Source of the DNA: Candidatus Kapaibacterium sp.
GTDB lineage: Bacteria > Bacteroidota > Ignavibacteria > Kapaibacteriales > UBA2268
Length of the DNA: 64,000 nucleotides
Assembly (NCBI GenBank): GCA_963665665.1
Contig: OY762428.1
Location: 3,264,001-3,328,000 of the forward strand
Reading direction: 5' to 3'
Shown here: positions 60,523 through 64,000 of the stretch, one piece after another
Position numbering within the stretch: the first letter of the stretch is position 1
Layout: the number at the start of each line of letters is the position of its first letter
Notes under the pieces: model-generated
Seen by the model: the letters and a program-made list of their open reading frames with translations, nothing else
Told to the model about the DNA's origin: nothing
The model's database searches: none
Position numbers and translations under genes: made by a program

Positions 60523-62934
60523 TTATTTAACAACTCTGATGGTTATTGATTTTTCGTAAGGTCCTGATATCATACGGCAAATAAAAACACCCGAGCTGAG
60601 CTTTTCAATTGGCAGCCTTACTGAATAATTTCCGGCAGTCATTGCTCTGGAAACAAGTGTAGTTATAAACCTTCCCTCACTGTCGTAAAGTTTTAATTCC
60701 GTTTGGCCGTAAGCACCTACCGAGTAATCGATTTTTGCTCCCGAATTCATAACAGGATTAGGATTAACTTCGCTAAGAGAGTAGCTATGGCCGGGTTCCA
60801 CATCGTTCGGATTCGGGGCCCTGGCAGTAATATCTATTGCTTCCTGCTTGCCGTCATTGTACGTAACAATCAGACGATTTGTAAATATACCGGCAATTGA
60901 TGGTGAGAATTTTATATTTACATTGATTTTTTGATCTGAACCAAGGCTGAAGTTTTCAATTCCGGAGGTTATTTGGAATTCCGATTCTGTTGTCTCGAGA
61001 GAAACAGAATTGATTATCACCGGATCGAAACTGATATTTGTAATATCTATCCATTTATCTGCTTCAAGTCCGATTTCAACTTCTCCGAAATCAATAGTTT
61101 CCGGGTTGACTTCAAGAGGCTGATTAAAGAAATACAGGTTGACTATCGTATCATTCCCGGCTTTATCAGTAAATGCAAAAAGTGCACGGCCATTTTTATC
61201 ATGATCGATAAGATTTAATTCCCAGCCTGTTTTTCGGCTTACTCCGGGAATAAATTTCTCACAGGTAAATTCATAATTGTAACTGCTGTCACTGAAAAAC
61301 AGGACTTTAGCCAGTTTCGAACCGTTTTCGCCATCATCGGCAATTCCGTCCGGTATATCTCCGTATTCAGCAAAATTATATTGAACCATAGGAGATTCAT
61401 TGTCTTCTGTATTCCAGTCGTTTAAAGCGGAACTTGTAGGGTAGCCGTAAGAATCGCACCAGTCATATCCGAACGAATAAGCCGCGAAGGGCTCAGCCGC
61501 CCTTATTCTGAAACTTCCTGTCTGAGGTAACTCTAATAATTTCTGGGCATAATATTTATCATTAATCATCTCAGGAAATACATCACCATTTCCGGGGTAT
61601 AAGGTATTGATATTCTGCCATTCAGGATTTGTATCTGATACTTCCATGAATTGTAGATCATTGGGAACAGTTCCGTCCTCGTCAGATTCATATACCAGGT
61701 TGATATAATTATCCATGAAGTATGCTCCTCCCATTGTTCCCGGAATACAGAAAACAATTTCATCCTGGAATAATTCCATAGGTTTTATCAGCATGGTAAA
61801 AGGATCTGAATTTGGTAGGGGATACCCGTCCTCCTGGACACCGGGGTTATAGAAAGTAACTCCAATAGGCTTGTCAGCACTTATTACTCTCGGCTTGTTC
61901 TGATTTTCTTCAATCGGGCCAAGGCGAATTTCAATATATGCTTCGTCAATTATTCCGCCGGATTCTGTCAGAAATCCAACCTGCACACCATCAAGATAAA
62001 CAGCTGTGTTTGCTTCACTGGCATAAATTCTTGCAATACCGGGATATTTCCTGCCTGGAACGTAAGGAACAAGATACTCTGTTCCCCAGGTTGATGTAGG
62101 AAGCTGCATTTCAACTGTGTAGTCGCACCACTGATTGCCAATTGGGATGTTGGTACACTGATTGCCGGAAACAACAGATATTGGCTTGTCCGCAACTACT
62201 TTACTGCCGCTAAGGTCAGAACCGTCTCCCCGGCTCATAAACATCCAAACATCGCCTTCGTTAAGGACTGTATCAATTAGGTCACCGGGCGCTAAACCGC
62301 CGGCTGTTTCAGAATATTCAGTACCACCCATAAGGAAAGATATTGTTGTATTATCTTCAACTGCTGTAATACATGTTATACTCGGCAGGTGCATATTCCA
62401 AATATCCTTAAACATCGGATCAACAGCGTAGGCGGAAATAATATATTCCATTCCCAGGCCGGAACTTGGAACACACATAAATCCGTCTGAAGTAGCCTGG
62501 AACCTTACAGCAGCATAGGCTGCAATGGGGCCTGTTGAAGTTATGTTAATTCCATAATCCTGGTATATCCTTTCAGGAATAGCTTCCGCCTGTTTATCCT
62601 TTGATAAGGGTTGCGCAATTGCCGGGGGAATATCAACAGCAATTACATCATTAGGAATAGTAGTTACTGATCTGCTGAAATCTTTACCCGGAACTGATAT
62701 AATAACCTGCGCCTGATAGGGAGAAGTAATATAAATTCTCAGGAAATTATTTCCGGCTGTTTCTTCATAGCATGGCGGGATTGAGAACCAAAAATCTGTT
62801 CCGATATTATTTATCTGGATCATTTCTTTTAGGTTCTTTTCAATTGTGCTGATGTCCTGCCTGTCCGCGGCATTTAAAGACAAAGGAAGAAGTAAAATTG
62901 CTGAAAGCAAAATCGATAGTACTTTTGTCCTCAT
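60523..62934 (-). CDS. Secreted IgGFc-binding-domain protein with Ig-like (choice-of-anchor-D-type) domain and T9SS CTD
   Basis: GTDFWF, SDGF..VP...LG.EY, ADKPISVVSGNQC, EMQLP...WG.EY, DSYGYP; IDFGEV domain; tail VNPNP...LSSGVFI...IRVVK. Confidence 0.85.
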   Translation of the reverse strand: MRTKVLSILLSAILLLPLSLNAADRQDISTIEKNLKEMIQINNIGTDFWFSIPPCYEETAGNNFLRIYITSPYQAQVIISVPGKDFSRSVTTIPNDVIAVDIPPAIAQPLSKDKQAEAIPERIYQDYGINITSTGPIAAYAAVRFQATSDGFMCVPSSGLGMEYIISAYAVDPMFKDIWNMHLPSITCITAVEDNTTISFLMGGTEYSETAGGLAPGDLIDTVLNEGDVWMFMSRGDGSDLSGSKVVADKPISVVSGNQCTNIPIGNQWCDYTVEMQLPTSTWGTEYLVPYVPGRKYPGIARIYASEANTAVYLDGVQVGFLTESGGIIDEAYIEIRLGPIEENQNKPRVISADKPIGVTFYNPGVQEDGYPLPNSDPFTMLIKPMELFQDEIVFCIPGTMGGAYFMDNYINLVYESDEDGTVPNDLQFMEVSDTNPEWQNINTLYPGNGDVFPEMINDKYYAQKLLELPQTGSFRIRAAEPFAAYSFGYDWCDSYGYPTSSALNDWNTEDNESPMVQYNFAEYGDIPDGIADDGENGSKLAKVLFFSDSSYNYEFTCEKFIPGVSRKTGWELNLIDHDKNGRALFAFTDKAGNDTIVNLYFFNQPLEVNPETIDFGEVEIGLEADKWIDITNISFDPVIINSVSLETTESEFQITSGIENFSLGSDQKINVNIKFSPSIAGIFTNRLIVTYNDGKQEAIDITARAPNPNDVEPGHSYSLSEVNPNPVMNSGAKIDYSVGAYGQTELKLYDSEGRFITTLVSRAMTAGNYSVRLPIEKLSSGVFICRMISGPYEKSITIRVVK

Positions 62935-63264
62935 ATCGGGCCTCTTATTATTTTTGAGAAAATGTCTTATTTAATATGTAACAAATGATCCAGCAAAAAG
63001 TCTCAGAATAATTTCATTTTTTTTAAAATAAATATTATATATTTCAGCAGGATAATTGTCAAGTAAGAGTGGGGCGGTATCTATTAAGGGTATTATGATA
63101 TCTTTGCAACAAAAAAAAACAGAATTATTAAGGTAATCACAACGTATAAAATTTTAAATTTAGAAATTTTACCAACTAAAAATTTTGAATAATTTTGAAT
63201 GATTATCCAAAAATCTTACTTTTTTATGATTTTGACAAAAGGAATTAATATTTAATGTGTCTTG

Positions 63265-63528
63265 CTAACTTACATTTCCGCCTGTATTACAGTAATTTGC
63301 TGGTTGAGTTCCTGCGTTGCATGTTCCGGGAGTATTAGCTCCCCCGCCCGCACACATGTAATAGAAATAATTATTCGTTGCCCCGTCGAAACAGGTTGTC
63401 CCAATTGGAAAAGAACCTGTATCACAAAATATAGCAGGTGCTGATGAACCAACAGCAGCAGATCCGTTAAAGCAGGCATTCTCAGAATTTTCACTCACGC
63501 AAATTAAATTTGGTTTTAAATATTTCAT
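63265..63528 (-). CDS. Cys/Gly-rich putative RiPP precursor peptide (YxKPxL leader, six CxxG)
   Basis: ATG start with GGGAAAAGA upstream. 87 aa, isolated in an otherwise AT-rich intergenic region, with strongly non-random CxxG periodicity. Confidence 0.75.
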   Translation of the reverse strand: MKYLKPNLICVSENSENACFNGSAAVGSSAPAIFCDTGSFPIGTTCFDGATNNYFYYMCAGGGANTPGTCNAGTQPANYCNTGGNVS

Positions 63529-63776
63529 TCTTTTCCCACAATTATTTGTTGCAAAGTTTTAATAAAATAATAAAACAAATATTACGATACAAATATTCAT
63601 ATAAAATAATAAATAAATATCTTCCGGGGTTTGATTATTATCCTCAATAATGATATTTTTGAACTTGTGAAGTTATAAACTTGCGAAATTCTAAAGTTTT
63701 ATACGCTTCCTTTTTAAATAGATTCAATTTACAGGAAAAGCCAAGAGGCAATTATATTATTTTTCGAGAGGGTTTT

Positions 63777-64000
63777 ATGAAAAAAACAGCTTTTCACGGG
63801 ATTCATACAAAGCTTGGAGCAAAGATGGTTTCCTTCGCCGGATACGAAATGCCAATTCAGTATCCAAAGGGTATTATCCACGAACATAAAGTAGTACGCG
63901 AAAGCGTAGGCGTTTTCGATGTTACCCACATGGGCGAATTTGAAGTCAGAGGCAAAGACGCACTGAACCTGGTACAGAAAATTACAGTTAACGATGCAGC
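63777..64000 (+). CDS. gcvT: Glycine cleavage system aminomethyltransferase T, 3'-truncated by the window edge
   Basis: MKKTAFHGIHTKLGAKMVSFAGYEMPIQY...EHKVVRESVGVFDVTHMGEF. Confidence 0.93.
   Translation, partial: MKKTAFHGIHTKLGAKMVSFAGYEMPIQYPKGIIHEHKVVRESVGVFDVTHMGEFEVRGKDALNLVQKITVNDA

Noticed and set aside
63540-63776. Glycine riboswitch upstream of gcvT
   Set aside because: No GGAGA...CCGAAG...CTCTCAGG aptamer motifs; the region is AT-rich.
59667-64000. Intact integrative element at tRNA-CAT
   Set aside because: No integrase and no duplicated tRNA 3' end were found; only short remnants are present.

Overview
64-kb bacterial chromosomal segment. By inference it comes from the Bacteroidota/Chlorobiota group, most likely a Kapabacteria- or Ignavibacteria-like anaerobe: it has a type IX secretion system (porU-porV plus several CTD-bearing cargo proteins), TTTG-N19/20-TAnnTTTG promoters, and clear GGAG Shine-Dalgarno motifs. 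Most of the window is housekeeping and envelope genes: korAB, a DHOD-like flavoprotein, an MFS/HMG-CoA-lyase/CoA-transferase operon, an M16 peptidase pair, lnt, a lytic transglycosylase, an S1-domain protein, ade, coaX, partial gcvT, tRNA-Gly(GCC) and tRNA-CAT (probably Ile2). No integrase, transposase, prophage or CRISPR array was seen. The most notable items are: (i) a stand-alone 87-aa peptide with a YxKPxL leader and six CxxG repeats that looks like a RiPP precursor but has no maturase nearby (63265-63528); (ii) two related 21-bp tandem arrays fused in register (5506-6039); (iii) an orphan, decayed T9SS C-terminal-domain cassette carrying two in-frame palindromes (2162-2448); (iv) three different C-terminal sorting-type tails in one window (T9SS CTD, IPTL-CTERM, TWGxIK); (v) a shared ECF-like TGnnAC-N16-TGT motif upstream of porU and other secreted-protein genes; (vi) an 11-bp-period TGACA array upstream of a secreted 5'-nucleotidase; and (vii) decayed toxin-antitoxin, R-M and DUF2513 remnants. 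All family calls come from motif recognition by eye, not from database searches.
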